DNA of 64,000 nt from Pirellulales bacterium (GCA_963738835.1 CAVTYH010000009.1:121533-185532); one strand, 5' to 3'; shown: positions 29,501 to 41,120, counted from the first letter of the stretch. Translations and numbers: made by a program. Notes: generated by a model from the sequence alone, not told the origin.

Positions 29501-29919
29501 TTACGCTGCCGCCGCCTGTCGGACTTGCTCGCGGATGTGGTGTTGGATGGCTGACAAACCGCGCATGCGTACCATGCCGAGAGCTTCCAGCAATCCCAGT
29601 CGTTTGAGCAAATCGGGCGGAGTGGCAAGCACTTCCTCTGGCGTCGCGCCGCTGAAGGCATCGACAAGGATTCCGACAAATCCTTTCACCGTGGGGGCTT
29701 CAGGTGCGACGTCGGCGTGAACCTGAACGCGGCCGTCGTTCACGCTGACCCAGATGAAAACCGGCGTCTGACATTCGGCAATACGGTGCAAACCAGCATC
29801 GCGTTCGGCACGAAAACGTTCGGGTAGCGGCGGCAGATCTTCGGCGAACTCGAGGAGAAGCTCCAGCCGTTCCGCGGGTCGAGGTCGGCAAATTCGGTGA
29901 CGATGTCGTCAAGTTTCAA
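29501..29919 (-). CDS. sufE: SufE-like sulfur acceptor protein (apparent frameshift ~29872)
   Basis: ORF 29501-29791 has [13 protein letters not shown]...VKGFVGIL...LS..R..GL. The N-terminus [16 protein letters not shown](E)[26 protein letters not shown] needs one extra base. The TTG start overlaps the sseA ORF stop (TTGA). Confidence 0.75.
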
Positions 29920-30890
29920 CCGTGCACCTCGTTGACTTCGACCGCTCCAGCGTCCCGGTACCTTAGCTCTCTTTCAACTTCAACTGCTGAACGTGATGGC
30001 TTGTTCCGGTTTTGTCGCTTGCACGGCCGACCCGTCCGGTTCGGCGCCCGTACGATCGGCACGCCAACCAGATTGCCCCATTCGGTCCAAGAGCCGTCGT
30101 AATTCTTGACGTTGTTGAATCCCAGCAGATATTTCAACACGAACCAGGTATGGCTGCTGCGTTCGCCAATGCGGCAATAGGCGATGGTCCGACCGCGGCG
30201 TGAGAGGTGGTTTTCTTTGCAGTACAGCTTTTCAAGTTCTTTCGCCGACTTGAACGTGCCGTCTTCCTGCACTGCTTTCGACCAGGGAATGCTGACGGCT
30301 CCGGGAATGTGACCGGCTCGCAGAGCGCCCTCCTGCGGATAATCGGGCATGTGAATTGTCTCGCCGGTGTACTCGCCAGGGGACCGTACATCGACCAGCG
30401 GTTTGCCGGCTCGGCTGTGCTTTAGCACTTCCTCACGAAAGGCGCGGATCGCGAGATCGGGCTCCTTTGCCGTGTAATCGGCCCGCGGATACGTCGGTTC
30501 CGGATCGCGCGACCACTCGCGGCCATCTAACTCCCAGCGCATGCGGCCCCCGTCCATGACGAGGCACTTCTCATGACCATAAAGTTTGAAGACCCAGAAC
30601 GCATAGCACGCCCACCAGTTGTTTTTATCGCCGTAGAAAACAACCGTGGTGTTGTTGCCAATCCCCTTGGCGGCACATAACTCGGCGAAGTGGTCTTTGT
30701 TGACATAATCGCGAACGGTCGTATCTTGCAAATCGGTGTGCCAGTCGATCTTCACTGCTCCGGGGATGTGACCCTGGGTGTAAAGCAGCACGTCTTCGTC
30801 CGATTCGACGATGCGAACTTCGGGGTCGTTCAAGTGATCGGCTACCCATTGGGTTGTGACCAAAACTTCGGGATGTGCATATTCAGCCAT
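29916..30890 (-). CDS. sseA: Tandem-rhodanese sulfurtransferase (thiosulfate/3-mercaptopyruvate type)
   Basis: Two rhodanese domains with active-site loop [11 protein letters not shown] and GSWTEWGN. The ~45-aa basic C-terminal tail is atypical. An alternative frame gives ...TGAEPDGS... ending at 29980, so another indel near ~30040 is possible. Confidence 0.8.
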   Translation of the reverse strand: MAEYAHPEVLVTTQWVADHLNDPEVRIVESDEDVLLYTQGHIPGAVKIDWHTDLQDTTVRDYVNKDHFAELCAAKGIGNNTTVVFYGDKNNWWACYAFWVFKLYGHEKCLVMDGGRMRWELDGREWSRDPEPTYPRADYTAKEPDLAIRAFREEVLKHSRAGKPLVDVRSPGEYTGETIHMPDYPQEGALRAGHIPGAVSIPWSKAVQEDGTFKSAKELEKLYCKENHLSRRGRTIAYCRIGERSSHTWFVLKYLLGFNNVKNYDGSWTEWGNLVGVPIVRAPNRTGRPCKRQNRNKPSRSAVEVERELRYRDAGAVEVNEVHG

Positions 30891-31292
30891 ATCGAATTTG
30901 TCTTTCGGTAGTGGAGTAGTGGAATTGTTGGTGTGGGCGGAATCGCTCGATTTTCTAGCCGATTATTCGTTAGACATCCTATCTGGGGTCAACTGTCCAG
31001 TGCCGCCTTATTTACCCCGACATGGTCGAATGGTGGGCGAGCAGCCGACCTGAACGGCAAGTCTTCTGAGGAATTTCAGTCAAATTCGGCCAGTCGTAAG
31101 TGCCAATCTGCCGCCGTGTTCAGCCTACAGCAGTGGAATATGGGGTGCAATTGGCGCATTCCGGAGAACCTTCGTCAATCCGCTGGCAATCTTAACCCCT
31201 CGGCAATAAGAGCTTGATTCGTTCTGTGGGGTGTGAGAAACTATTGGAAACCTGCCACACAGGTCTTGCCCATAGCGTGTATTACTCGCAGC

Positions 31293-31348
31293 CGGGGTTG
31301 CTAACCCCGAGCATATTGGCAATCGGGCCCAAGGATTGGGCCGCCAAT
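31293..31348. promoter_or_regulatory. Two adjacent perfect or nested palindromes in a 540-nt intergenic region
   Basis: CGGGGTT-gct-AACCCCG (31293-31309). ATTGGC-aatcg-GGCCCAA-gga-TTGGGCC-GCCAAT (31315-31348). Confidence 0.35.
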
Positions 31349-31428
31349 GAGTCGTGCAGCGCCTAGTTCGTTAGTGTCAAGACTTCCGACCAAGCATTCC
31401 TAAACCACACGGCGCCATAGGGATACCC

Positions 31429-33845
31429 ATGTTGCCCAACCAGGGGCCGGTCGCAATCGAAGCGGCCCGGGACCGCAGCCGCATTGCGGTGTTCATTGTT
31501 TGTATTTTGTTTGGCGGTTCGTTGTCATTCTGGCCCGGGCGTACAAACTGCGTCTTGGCGTCAGAGCTCAGCGTTGCGCAAGGCGACCAAAAGAGCAAGC
31601 CACCTGCGAACGAATCTAGTTCGTCTACTTCGCTCACCACAGGCGCAATTCAACGAAGGGCCAGTTCAATCGAGGCGATTGGCCGTTTCAACCGTTAGCC
31701 CGGCCAGCGTTGCCGCAGCTCAAACGGCTTAGCAAATGGGTTCGCAATCCGATCGACGCTTTTATAGCTGAGAAGCTCGAAACCAAAGGTTTGGAGCCAA
31801 GTCCGCCAGCCGACAAATTGACGTTACTAAGGCGGGTAACTTTCGATCTTACGGGGCTTCCGCCCACACCAGCTGAACAAACTGCGTTTGTGACCGATCA
31901 GTCAAGTGATGCTTATGCCAAAGTCGTCGATCGGCTTCTGGCGTCGCCGCACTACGGCGAGCGTTGGGCACAGCATTGGCTTGATGTGGTGCGTTACAGC
32001 GAAACCGAGGGATTCAAAAAAGATGGCCTGCGACCCGATGCATACAAGTATCGCGACTACGTCATTCAGGCAATGAACGACGATTTACCGTACGATCGGT
32101 TCATTCGTCAGCAATTGGCGGGCGATGAGCTGGAGCCCAATAATCCCGACGCACTGGTTGCCACGGGGCTCATCCGGCTCTATCCGGAAGACATCAACGC
32201 GTCGAACATGCTGCAACAGCGGCAGGAGATTCTGGATGACATTACCGAGAACACAGGGCTGGCATTTTTGGGAATGACCGTTGGCTGCGCCCGCTGTCAC
32301 GATCACAAGTTCGACGCCATCAAGCAATCCGATTTCTACCGTTTGCAAGCCTGTTTCGCCGCGGTGCTCCCCGGCGACAATGTGTCGATCGCCACCAAAC
32401 AGCAGGCAGCCGAGTTCAAACAGCGAATGGAGAGATGGGAGAAAGCTACGAAACCGCTCCGCGATGCCATCGATACAGAGCTCGCGGACGAACGGCAACA
32501 AGCCCGTCAAGAGGCGATTTCTGCTTACGACCCAGAGACGCTCAAAGCCATCAACACGCCTGCAGAACATCGTTCCTGCCTGCAGAAACAGCTCGTCGCC
32601 GAGGCGGAAGAGTGGATTGAGTCGCGAATCGACAGGGCGTATCGTCGGTGCCCTCCTGAGGAGCGGAAATTGTACGATAGGCAAGTCGAAGAGCTGGCAA
32701 AATTCGACTCGATGAAACCCGACCCGCTCCCGACCGCGATGGCGGTGTTTGACGGCGACGGACAGGCCCCGCCAACATGCGTATTGGCCGGCGGTAATTA
32801 TCTCAAACCGGGCCAAGAAGTGGCCCCGGGGTTTCCGGAGTTTTTGGGGGCTAGCGAACCGGAAATCGTGCCGCCGGAAGGACGACCCAACTCGACCGGC
32901 CGGCGATCGGCGCTGGCCGAGTGGCTGACGCGGCCCGATCATCCGATGACAGCCCGGGTGATGATTAACCGCGTATGGCAATATCATTTCGGCCAGGGGA
33001 TCGTGGCTACGCCGAACGATTTCGGCGCCATGGGAGGTAACCCCAGCCATCCGGAATTGCTCGATTGGCTATCGTCGGAATTCGTCGCTAATGGTTGGCA
33101 CTTGAAACCAATTCAACGGCTGATTGTGCTGTCGGCAAGTTACTGCCAGTCCTCGAAAGTGAGTCCATCCACCGCCGCTCACGCTGCTGCCATTGCCGCC
33201 GACGTCGCCAACAACTTGCTGTGGCACGCTCGCCGACAACGGTTAGAAGGCGAGGCACTGCGTGATGCCGTGCTTGAAGTATCCGGTCAGCTCAACCCGA
33301 AAATGTATGGGCCAAGCGTCCATCCGGAGCTGCCACAAGTCCTGGTCGACTCGCGCTACGGTTGGGATCCAGATGAAAAGCCGGACGATCGCAATCGTCG
33401 ATCGATTTACGTGCTGGCCAAGCGCAACATGCGGCTGCCGATGCTGGAAGCCTTTGATCAGCCCGACGAATTAAATAGCTGCCCGCGCCGCACCAACACG
33501 ACAACAGCGCCGCAAGCGCTCGAGTTGCTCAACGGCGAGATGACCCAGCAGGCGGCGCGCCAGTGGAGCGGCAAGCTGCTCTCGGAATGTGGCAACGACG
33601 AAGCCAAATTGGTTCGTGAAGCCTACTGCCAAGCGTTTGGTCGCCAGCCACAAGACACGGAGATTAAGGCCGCCGAAGAATTCGTAGAAAAGCAAGCGGC
33701 CGAAATCAAGACGGAGTCCGCTACGCCTGACGAGAAGCAGTTGCCCCTTCCAGTCCCTGTCAAATTGGATCGCGTCAAAGCCGCGGCAGTCGTCGATTTC
33801 TGCCACGCCCTGCTCTGCTCGAACGAGTTTTTATTTCTGGATTGA
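31429..33845 (+). CDS. DUF1549/DUF1553 (PSD1-type) protein (apparent frameshift ~31650)
   Basis: Signal-anchor ORF 31429-31698, then DWPFQPLARPALP...VRNPIDAFI..KLE..GL (DUF1549) and the C-terminal DUF1553 pattern (GCARCHDHKFD, RVWQYHFG.GIV.T.NDFG, NEFLFLD). Confidence 0.8.
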
Positions 33846-33851
33846 GGACGA

Positions 33852-33877
33852 TGTCCGACACAAACGTCCGACACAAA
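33852..33877 (+). repeat. Perfect 13-nt tandem duplication abutting the DUF1501 start codon
   Basis: GTCCGACACAAAC GTCCGACACAAAC followed directly by the ATG at 33879. Confidence 0.7.
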
Positions 33878-33878
33878 C

Positions 33879-35355
33879 ATGGATCAATGCACTCCACACC
33901 CCGAACTCCGAATTCCGCACTTCGAAACTGCTCAATCGCGCCGCGACTTCCTGACTCGTGCCGGCGGCGGATTCGGCGCCCTGGCGCTCTGGTCGTTGCT
34001 GGCTCGTGATGCCAAAGCGACGGAGTTGGCCGCGAAGGGACCGATTTCGCTTACTAATCCTCTGGCCGCAAAAGCGCCGCCAATGCCGGCCAAAGCCAAG
34101 TCGGTCATCTGGTGCTTTCTCGACGGCGGGCCGAGCCATCTCGACCTTTTCGATCCCAAACCGACGCTGACGAAACTTGCTGGCCAACCGCTGCCCGACA
34201 GCTTTCCTCGCCCCCTGACCGCCATGGGCAAGACGGCTTTTACGCCGCTGATGGCCAGCCAGCGGAAATTCAAACAGTACGGGCAATCGGGAATTTGGGT
34301 CAGCGATTGGTATCCCGAAATCGCCAGTTGTGTGGACGACATGGCCGTGGTTCGTTCGTGCTGGGCCGATGGTCTGACGCACGTGGGCAGTGTCTGTGAG
34401 ATGAACACGGGCAGCATTTTGATGGGACGACCATGCGTCGGCGCGTGGGTGCTCTACGGATTGGGCACTGCCTGCGACAACCTGCCCGGCTACGTCGTGC
34501 TGACCGACTATCAACAAGAACCGCCCGGCGGCAATCGCCAGTGGAGCACCGGCTTCATGCCCTCGACCTATCAGGGCACGAAATTCCGCGACGGCAAAAC
34601 GCCGATTCTGCACGTCGCCCCGCAAGACGGTTACTCCGACAAGCGGCAGCGCAGCAAAATCGATTTCATCCAGCAATTGAATCGCCAGCATCTGGAAGGA
34701 CGTGAGGGCGACAGCAATCTTGAAGCGCGAATCGCCTCGTACGAGTTGGCGTATCGAATGCAGGCCGCCGCGCCGGAAGCCGTGGACATCACGACGGAAA
34801 CCGCCGAAACACAGTCGCTGTACGGAATCGACGCCCAAGAAACCGCCGCCAATGGCCGCAACTGTTTGATGGCGCGCCGGCTGGTCAGAACGCGGCGTGC
34901 GCTTCGTCCAGCTTTACATGGGCTCGGGCAGCAAGTGGGATGCCCATACCGATGTGGAAGGCAATCACAGCCAGTACTGCAAAGAAACCGACAAGCCGGT
35001 CGCCGGGCTGCTGAAAGATTTGAAGCGTCGTGGTCTTTTGGACAGCACACTGGTGATCTGGGGCGGCGAATTCGGCCGCACCCCAATGAGCGAAAGCGGC
35101 ACCGGCCGCGACCACAATCCGTACGGCTTCACCATGTGGATGGCCGGCGGCGGCATCAAGCCGGGCACAGTGTACGGCGCGACCGACGAAATCGGCCTGT
35201 ACGCTGTGGAAAACAAAGCCCACATCCACGATGTCCACGCGACGCTTCTGGCGCTCTTGGGCCTCGACCACGAACAGCTGACCTTCCAGCACAACGGCCG
35301 CGACGAGCGCCTGACGATCACCAGCGGCACGGTGATCAAAGACATCATCGCCTGA
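33879..35355 (+). CDS. DUF1501 (sulfatase-fold-like) protein with Tat signal (apparent frameshift ~34887)
   Basis: Twin-arginine signal [18 protein letters not shown]. Motifs [16 protein letters not shown] and RRLV(E)[15 protein letters not shown]. The C-terminal ORF 34897-35355 has [17 protein letters not shown] and [12 protein letters not shown]. Confidence 0.85.
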
Positions 35356-35359
35356 TTCT

Positions 35360-36965
35360 TCACGCGACCGTCGGCGTCAGATTTTTCGCCGGGCTCGACT
35401 GCCGGCGTCGGTGGATCAAGGTATTAGAGCGCCGCACCAATAGGACAGGAATAAGTCCAACCGCGGTGATCAGTGCTAGGTCGTATAGCACATCTTCAAG
35501 CGCAAAAGCGCGTGCATTGGCGTGAGTCCACTTGGCCGCGAGCGCTTGAGACTGCTTGACACTTTCATCAAGCCCACTTCCTTGGCTCGTGAAATGCTGC
35601 CGGGTTGCCGAATAAGTTTCGCTGACAATCGGCCGATTGTATCTGACATTCTGCCGCAGCGTGTCGAACTGGGCATCGGTCAATTGGGTCCACAAAGTCA
35701 TCAGCGTCACGGTGGCAAGATACGCCGGCAGCGACCGCATGATGTTGAATACGCCGGCCAGCATCATCGTTTCATCGATTGGCAGCGCTTCGAAGATGGT
35801 CATCAGTGCCGGGCCAATCACCAGCCCTGCGCCGATTCCCCAAGTGCCCAGCGCGCTGGCGATCCAGAATTTGCTGGTGTAAAGATCGACGGTCGCCAAT
35901 TGCCACGTGACAATCGCCATGACGCCCAATCCGACCGCCATGCGGAGTTTGCGATTGCCACGGGTTCCCACGCTAGTGGCCAGCAGAATCGCCAGCGTCA
36001 TCGTTCCGACAGCCGGCGAAACCGCCAGTGCCGCTTGCCACCACTGATAGCCGCGCAGATTGATCATGTACACCGAGAGCAGCGAGAGCAGCGCGTACAA
36101 ATTGATGCTGAAAATCACCTTGATCATTAGTCCCAGGGTCGTGTTCCGTCGACCGAAGACGTGCAAATTGATCAATGGCTTGCGCCATCAGCCCCCAGCA
36201 AACGAACGCGCCACAGGCAGCCAGAAATCCAACCAACCAAATGACGAAATGCCGCGACGTCGCCCAGCCCCAATACTGACCCAAATCCAATACGACGTTC
36301 AGCGTGATGATGCTTCCTGCCAACAGTGCCAGACCCACCAAATCCAGCTTGATCCAGGATTGCTTCTCCGGTCTCGGCTCGCGGGGCAGCAGCATCGAAG
36401 CCATTGCAAAGACGACCGTGCCCAGCGGGAAATCGATAAAAAAAATCCACCGCCACGATAACCACGCCGTCAGCATTCCACCGATCAAGGTGCCTGCCAC
36501 GGCCGGCACGTACACGGCCATGCCATACAGCGCCATGGCCGTTTTGCGCCCTCGCGGAAACGCACACCAGATCAGCACCATGCCGACGGAAATCAGCAGG
36601 CCGTTGCCCAACCCCTCGAACCACCGCAGCGGCGTCATCCACACAATTTCGGTCACCAAGCCGCAAGCAGCACCAGCCAGCGTGAACAACAGAACGCCTA
36701 GCAAGTAGGCCCCGCGCAATCCCAAGCGACTGCTGCAGAAACCGGTCAGCGCCATGCCCAGGGCCGATCCCAACAGATAGCTGCCGCTGATCCAGTGAAT
36801 GCGGTAATGGTCCGTATCGAGCGCATCAACAAAATCGGCGCTGGGCACATTCAGCATCGTGGAATGGGCCAGCGCCAGCGCCACGCCCGGCAGTACCGCC
36901 GCCATAATGGACCACCGTTTGCGGAGCGTCCACCACAAGCGATCGGCCAAAGTCACCCGATTCAC
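35360..36965 (-). CDS. MFS drug-efflux transporter, EmrB/QacA-like 14-TMS type (apparent frameshift ~36180)
   Basis: ORFs 35973-36965 and 35360-36175 join as ...FVCWGLMAQ-PLINLHVFGRRNTT.... Multiple TM segments. The start overlaps the HlyD gene end. Confidence 0.75.
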
Positions 36966-38311
36966 GGCTGCACTCCGGATTGCGGTGATGTCGCAGAAGG
37001 CGATTCAACATCGGCCTCTTTACGTTCCCGTTCCCATTCCTCGGCGGCCCACTTGGCGTCGCCGGGGCCATGTTCGATGTCCACCGTCACCGACAAACCG
37101 GGTTTCAAGAGCGGCCAGCGATCGTCGCGCTGGATGGCAATGCGGGTCGGCACGCGCTGCACCACGTAGGTGAATTCGCCAGACGAAAGATCGCGTGGAA
37201 TCAGCGAAAAATTCGCGCCAGTGGCTGAGCCGATCCAGGCCACGCGACCACGGAATGGCTCGCTGTAGGCCTCGACACGCAGCGTTGCCTTGTTGCCCGG
37301 ATTCACGCCTTCCAGCCGGGTCTCTTCCAAGTTCACGGTAACGTACATGAAGTCGGGATTGTAGATGCTGAAGATCGGATCGCCGGTGTGCGAATAATCG
37401 CCCAGGTGCCGCCATTTTTTGGCAATCACGCAATCGAATGGTGCCGTGATCCGCGTATAGCCCAAGTTGGTTTGCGTGAGCTGCAAAGCCCGATCGGCTT
37501 CTGCGACATCTTGTTTGCGCTCGACAACTTCGTTTTGCAAGACGAGAATTTGCGAATCGCCGAGTTTGGCTAGTTTCAAATCGGCCCCGGCTTGGGCCAC
37601 CGCGTTTTTCGCTTGGGCCAATTCTTGCTGGGCAATGTCAATCTGTTTGCGGTTCGCCTCGGCCTGTCCCAGTTTGGCATCGGCAATTTTTCGCTCGGCC
37701 TGCGCCACGTCGTGAATTTTTGTGGCTTCCTGAAATCGCCGTTGACTCACGGACCCGTCGGTAAATAGTGCGCCGTAACGCTGATAATCTTCCTGGGCTA
37801 AAACCAAAGAAGCCTGTGATGAATCGACAGCATGCTGGGCGGCCACCACCGCGTCGTCTACATTCTGCGAAATCATTTGCACCGCGGCCGCGGCTTTGGT
37901 CTCATTGTTTTGCGCCGCCGCTAACTTCGCCGACATCGCGGCTACCTGTTGCGGTACCTGCTTCTGCAGTAAAGCCAAGTCAGATTCCGACTTCGCCAGC
38001 GCCGCTTTGGCCACTTCAGTTTTCGCGCCCGCCAAATCGACTTCGCGCTGATAGATCGACGGATCGACCAGTGCCAGCAGTTGACCCTTCTTTACCTGCT
38101 CCTGCTCCTGAACGTACACCTCCACCACGTTGCCGGCGACTTGAGGCGAGAGATTCACCAAATGCGATTCGATAAACGCATCTTTGCTGAGAGAATGCGT
38201 GAACCGATAGGTGACCCAACTTCCACCCCATAAAATTCCCACGACAACTAGCGCGACAAGCACGGCCAGCAGCAGCATGCGGCGAAGGGTCGAAGCGGCG
38301 GGCCAATTCAC
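36962..38311 (-). CDS. HlyD/EmrA-family membrane fusion protein
   Basis: N-terminal TM, long coiled-coil (AKTEVAKAALAKSESDL...), then a beta-barrel part (ITAPFDCVIAK..., RVEAYSEPFRGRVAWI). Confidence 0.8.
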   Translation of the reverse strand: MNWPAASTLRRMLLLAVLVALVVVGILWGGSWVTYRFTHSLSKDAFIESHLVNLSPQVAGNVVEVYVQEQEQVKKGQLLALVDPSIYQREVDLAGAKTEVAKAALAKSESDLALLQKQVPQQVAAMSAKLAAAQNNETKAAAAVQMISQNVDDAVVAAQHAVDSSQASLVLAQEDYQRYGALFTDGSVSQRRFQEATKIHDVAQAERKIADAKLGQAEANRKQIDIAQQELAQAKNAVAQAGADLKLAKLGDSQILVLQNEVVERKQDVAEADRALQLTQTNLGYTRITAPFDCVIAKKWRHLGDYSHTGDPIFSIYNPDFMYVTVNLEETRLEGVNPGNKATLRVEAYSEPFRGRVAWIGSATGANFSLIPRDLSSGEFTYVVQRVPTRIAIQRDDRWPLLKPGLSVTVDIEHGPGDAKWAAEEWERERKEADVESPSATSPQSGVQP

Positions 38312-38351
38312 GGCGGGATTCTCAGATGCGCAAGTCAGCTATGCGGTTTAT

Positions 38352-40058
38352 CTAGCGTTGGGCGGGCATTGCCAGAAAGCTTTCCGGTGGCAGCCCGGCG
38401 GCATAGGCTAGGCGGGCCAGGGCCGTCTGATAATCATACGTCGCAATCAGGTAGCCCTGCTGCGCCCGGGTTAGGGATAATTGGGCGTCGATCACGTCGG
38501 TCACAATGGTATCGCCTTGGCTGAAAAGCAACTCGACCACCCGCATGTTCTCGCTGGCCTGGGCAACGGCCGCCCGAGAAACTTTGATTCGCTCGGCAGC
38601 ATCGGTAAGGGCCAGATATCCGACCTTAACCTCATAAGCAATCTGGTCGCAGACCTGTTTGCCGGCGGCCACGGCCAGATCGATTTCTGCCTGAGCGCCG
38701 TGCAGCTGGCCAACTCGGCGACCGCCTTGGTACAGCCCCAGCTCGATGCCGATTCCGGCCGATCCCAATTGGGAAAAGCGCGTCGGCTCGTGCTCCTGCT
38801 GCAAACTGCCGACGCTGCCGGCGACGATTTTTGGCAGAAAATCCGACCCCGCTAGGTTCTGCCCGAGCTTGGCTTTGGCGATGCCGCGTTCCACCACGCC
38901 GAACTCGCGCCGATTTTCCACTGCCAGTTGCAGGCATTGGGCGAGCGGCTGGTCGAACGGCGGCGCATCGCTGAGTTCAACCACTTCCGTCGGACACGTC
39001 GGATTGATGCCAATCGCGCGGTTAAGCTTAGCTATGGCCACGCCTTGGGCGGTTTCCGCTTTGACCAGGTCTAGCTGCATTTCTTTGACGAACACATCGG
39101 CCCGCAGCATGTCATTGCGGATGGCATTGCCGCGACGCAGATAATTTTTGGCGTCCGTCCACGCTGATTGGGCTCGACGGACTGCTTCCTTGGCTGCCGT
39201 GCGGGCCGCTCTGGCGCTCAGGGCTTCGAAATACGCGGTGGCCACGTCGAACGACACGGTTTGTTGGGTGCGCAGGTACTGCAAGCCAGCGATGTCTTGC
39301 AGGATGAGCGATTGGCCGAACTTCGACGCCGTGCGGCCGAAATCCCACAGCGTCCATTGGGCCCGCAGCTCGGCCACGTCGAATTCTTGCGCCGCGCCGC
39401 CGTAGGCCACGTTGCCGACCGCGGTGGGAATGGTCGGCAGAACAAATCCATCTGGCGTGTTGCCGGCGACATGACGGTAGCCGATGTCCAGCTGCGGCAA
39501 AAAATCGGCGTAAGCAATTTCCTTACCGGCCTGCGCGAGGTCTACTTTCGCCCGCGCTGCTTGGATTTGCGGACTGTTGCGGTAGGCCAAATCGATGGCC
39601 GAAGCCAGCGTCAGTTGGTTGCCGGTTTCGTCTTCGCGATTTTTTTCTGTCGGCTGGCTGGATTCGTTTTGAATGACTGGCGGTGGATGATCGATGGGCT
39701 CCGAAAGCGCGCTGGCCTGGCTGATCTTCAATCGCCGGCCCGCTGTTCGTGCTCGCTGCATGTTTTCGTTCTGCGAATCGGTTTCATCAACTTCGTGGGC
39801 AACGGCATAGACGACATCAGGCAGCGACCGGCGCGGCGAAGTGTTTACATTTCGACTGGGAGCTGGCAACTCCTGCCGTTCCGAATTCTGCGAAGGCAAG
39901 TCGATGTGCGTCGGCGGCGGTTGGAGAATTCGCTCTGCCAATTCACCGTGCGGCACAGGCGGATAGGGAGCCGGGCATCCGGTGCAGAGCACCAGCGCAA
40001 GCCAAGCCCAATGGCATTGAAACCGCTGCATGAATCGTGTTGCCCGACGCCGGCTCAA
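38352..40058 (-). CDS. TolC-family outer membrane efflux protein
   Basis: Two TolC repeats (LTLASAIDLAYRNSPQIQAARAKVDLA..., LRAQWTLWDFGRT, YEVKVGYLAL...). First gene of the efflux operon. Confidence 0.8.
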   Translation of the reverse strand: MSRRRATRFMQRFQCHWAWLALVLCTGCPAPYPPVPHGELAERILQPPPTHIDLPSQNSERQELPAPSRNVNTSPRRSLPDVVYAVAHEVDETDSQNENMQRARTAGRRLKISQASALSEPIDHPPPVIQNESSQPTEKNREDETGNQLTLASAIDLAYRNSPQIQAARAKVDLAQAGKEIAYADFLPQLDIGYRHVAGNTPDGFVLPTIPTAVGNVAYGGAAQEFDVAELRAQWTLWDFGRTASKFGQSLILQDIAGLQYLRTQQTVSFDVATAYFEALSARAARTAAKEAVRRAQSAWTDAKNYLRRGNAIRNDMLRADVFVKEMQLDLVKAETAQGVAIAKLNRAIGINPTCPTEVVELSDAPPFDQPLAQCLQLAVENRREFGVVERGIAKAKLGQNLAGSDFLPKIVAGSVGSLQQEHEPTRFSQLGSAGIGIELGLYQGGRRVGQLHGAQAEIDLAVAAGKQVCDQIAYEVKVGYLALTDAAERIKVSRAAVAQASENMRVVELLFSQGDTIVTDVIDAQLSLTRAQQGYLIATYDYQTALARLAYAAGLPPESFLAMPAQR

Positions 40059-40286
40059 AAGGCCGTCGCGCTAATTCAGACGTGATACGAAACGAGACGA
40101 GAATCGATTGACAAACGGTTTGTTGGGCGCGCAACTGTAGTTTTGCCGACGAATAGGTAAGCCCACGGCGCAGCGACATCGCCAAAAAACCGGCGATTTG
40201 TACAGTGAGGCAGGATGCGGCGTCAAGGCAAACACTTCGCTGCTAGCATGGCCACGAACATCATCGCCCGCAGCGGCTTGGCGGAC

Positions 40287-40997
40287 TTACCTCGATCTCG
40301 CGATCTCTTCCACGAGTTTCCGCGGCGCTCCAATATCGAGCACGTGCAATTTGCCGACGAATTGATTTGCACCGGCCGCAAAGAATCCCGGCTTGGCCGC
40401 GACAAACGTGCAAGTGTGACTCGCGCGGATGGTGTGCTTGGCCGCCGCGCCGGTATCGCAATCCAAGCCGCTGGGAAGATCGACGGCCAAAATCGGCACG
40501 CCGCTGGCATTCATCCGATCGATTGCCTGGGCCAATGGCGACTTCGGTTCGCCGGTGGCGCCGGTTCCCAAAATCGCATCGACGAGCCAAGCTGAACCGG
40601 AAATCACAGCATTAAAGCGCTTGCCATCCAGCGGCGCGGCAAAGCACTCGATCGACAAGCCGGACTTTTCGATGATTGCGAAATTCTCAGCCGCATCGCC
40701 GGCGAGTTCTTGGGGATCGCAAAGCAGCAACACGTTCGCAATAACAAGCCGTATATCCAAGTGCCGTGCAATCGCGAATCCATCACCGCCATTATTTCCT
40801 TTCCCGCAGACAATTGTCACAGGTCCGGATGCTCGAAAGTCGTCTTCCATCAGCCGACAAAGAACGTCGGCCGTCCCGCGGGCGGCATTTTCCATGAGTA
40901 CGAGGCCCGTCATTCCATAATCTTGGACCGCACGCCGATCGATTTCGCGAATCTTGGCACGAGAAAGTACACCCGACAGATTCATGACAGCATGCAA
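40287..40997 (-). CDS. nnrE: NAD(P)H-hydrate epimerase (YjeF N-terminal domain only)
   Basis: LMENAARG, VCGKGNNGGDGFAIARHL, DAILGTGATG and LAVDLPSGLD. Confidence 0.8.
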   Translation of the reverse strand: MHAVMNLSGVLSRAKIREIDRRAVQDYGMTGLVLMENAARGTADVLCRLMEDDFRASGPVTIVCGKGNNGGDGFAIARHLDIRLVIANVLLLCDPQELAGDAAENFAIIEKSGLSIECFAAPLDGKRFNAVISGSAWLVDAILGTGATGEPKSPLAQAIDRMNASGVPILAVDLPSGLDCDTGAAAKHTIRASHTCTFVAAKPGFFAAGANQFVGKLHVLDIGAPRKLVEEIARSR

Positions 40998-41120
40998 GTC
41001 TTGTTTTGCGGGGTATTATGATTTCGACGGCTGTCAGTCGGCGCAAGGGCAGTGTTGCGCTCGTTGCCTTGTTATAATATGTTAGCATTTCATGCTCACG
41101 GAAACACCGAGTCAATCCCA

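Noticed and set aside
30933-31217. 94-aa ORF in the long sseA/DUF1549 intergenic region.
   Set aside because: It has no motif, no convincing start context and an amino-acid composition atypical of the neighbouring genes. The region is treated as non-coding.
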